A DNA stretch of 61,549 nucleotides, taken from positions 1 to 61,549 of the IMG/VR virus record IMGVR_UViG_3300021225_000417; one strand, given 5' to 3'. The notes beneath the pieces are model-generated. The model ran no database searches. It was not told where the DNA came from and worked only from the letters and a program-made list of their open reading frames with translations. A program made the translations under genes and the position numbers. The DNA is from a virus (Duplodnaviria; Caudoviricetes). Numbering within the stretch: the stretch's first letter is position 1; the number at the start of each line of letters is the position of its first letter. Positions 61,530 through 61,549 of this stretch are shown here, piece by piece.

Positions 61530-61549
61530 GGTTCCGCCAAGGTTCCGCC
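61530..61549. repeat. Terminal direct repeat (right copy)
   Basis: Identical to 1-20. Confidence 0.9.

Noticed and set aside
61530-61549. 20-nt terminal repeat as a biological packaging DTR
   Set aside because: Its length is typical of an assembler k-mer overlap and it lies within a repeat cluster; it cannot be called a physical end without reads.

Overview
This window looks like a complete, circularly assembled ~61.5 kb dsDNA tailed phage genome: bases 1-20 are identical to the last 20 bases. It has a podovirus-type structural module (terminase, portal, capsid, P22/T7-like tail and ejection proteins, no tape measure gene). The host is probably an alphaproteobacterium, given GapR/DUF2312 and GcrA-like genes and high GC. 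Gene order: putative origin; two DNA methyltransferases; a leftward early region of small genes; the packaging, head, tail and lysis block (9.9-50.7 kb); leftward recombination/nucleotide genes; rightward small modular genes; and a Prim-Pol/helicase. I recognise no integrase, DNA polymerase, tRNA or CRISPR array. Main observations: (1) A short [RKMYF]-[AKS]-x-G-G-x-[VI] peptide recurs about 20 times in six late proteins and sits at domain boundaries of two very large multidomain proteins. One of these also has internal S74-type SDPRLK autocleavage motifs, and a small candidate 'reader' protein is encoded nearby, which suggests a virion cargo tagging/processing system. (2) A C5 methyltransferase gene carries its beta subunit and a whole HNH endonuclease gene nested in an alternative frame. 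(3) A four-domain glycosyltransferase lies next to a Gly-X-Thr collagen-like fibre. (4) A structured RNA leader precedes the capsid operon. (5) There are candidate anti-defence sponge proteins. All family assignments come from motif recognition by eye, not database searches.
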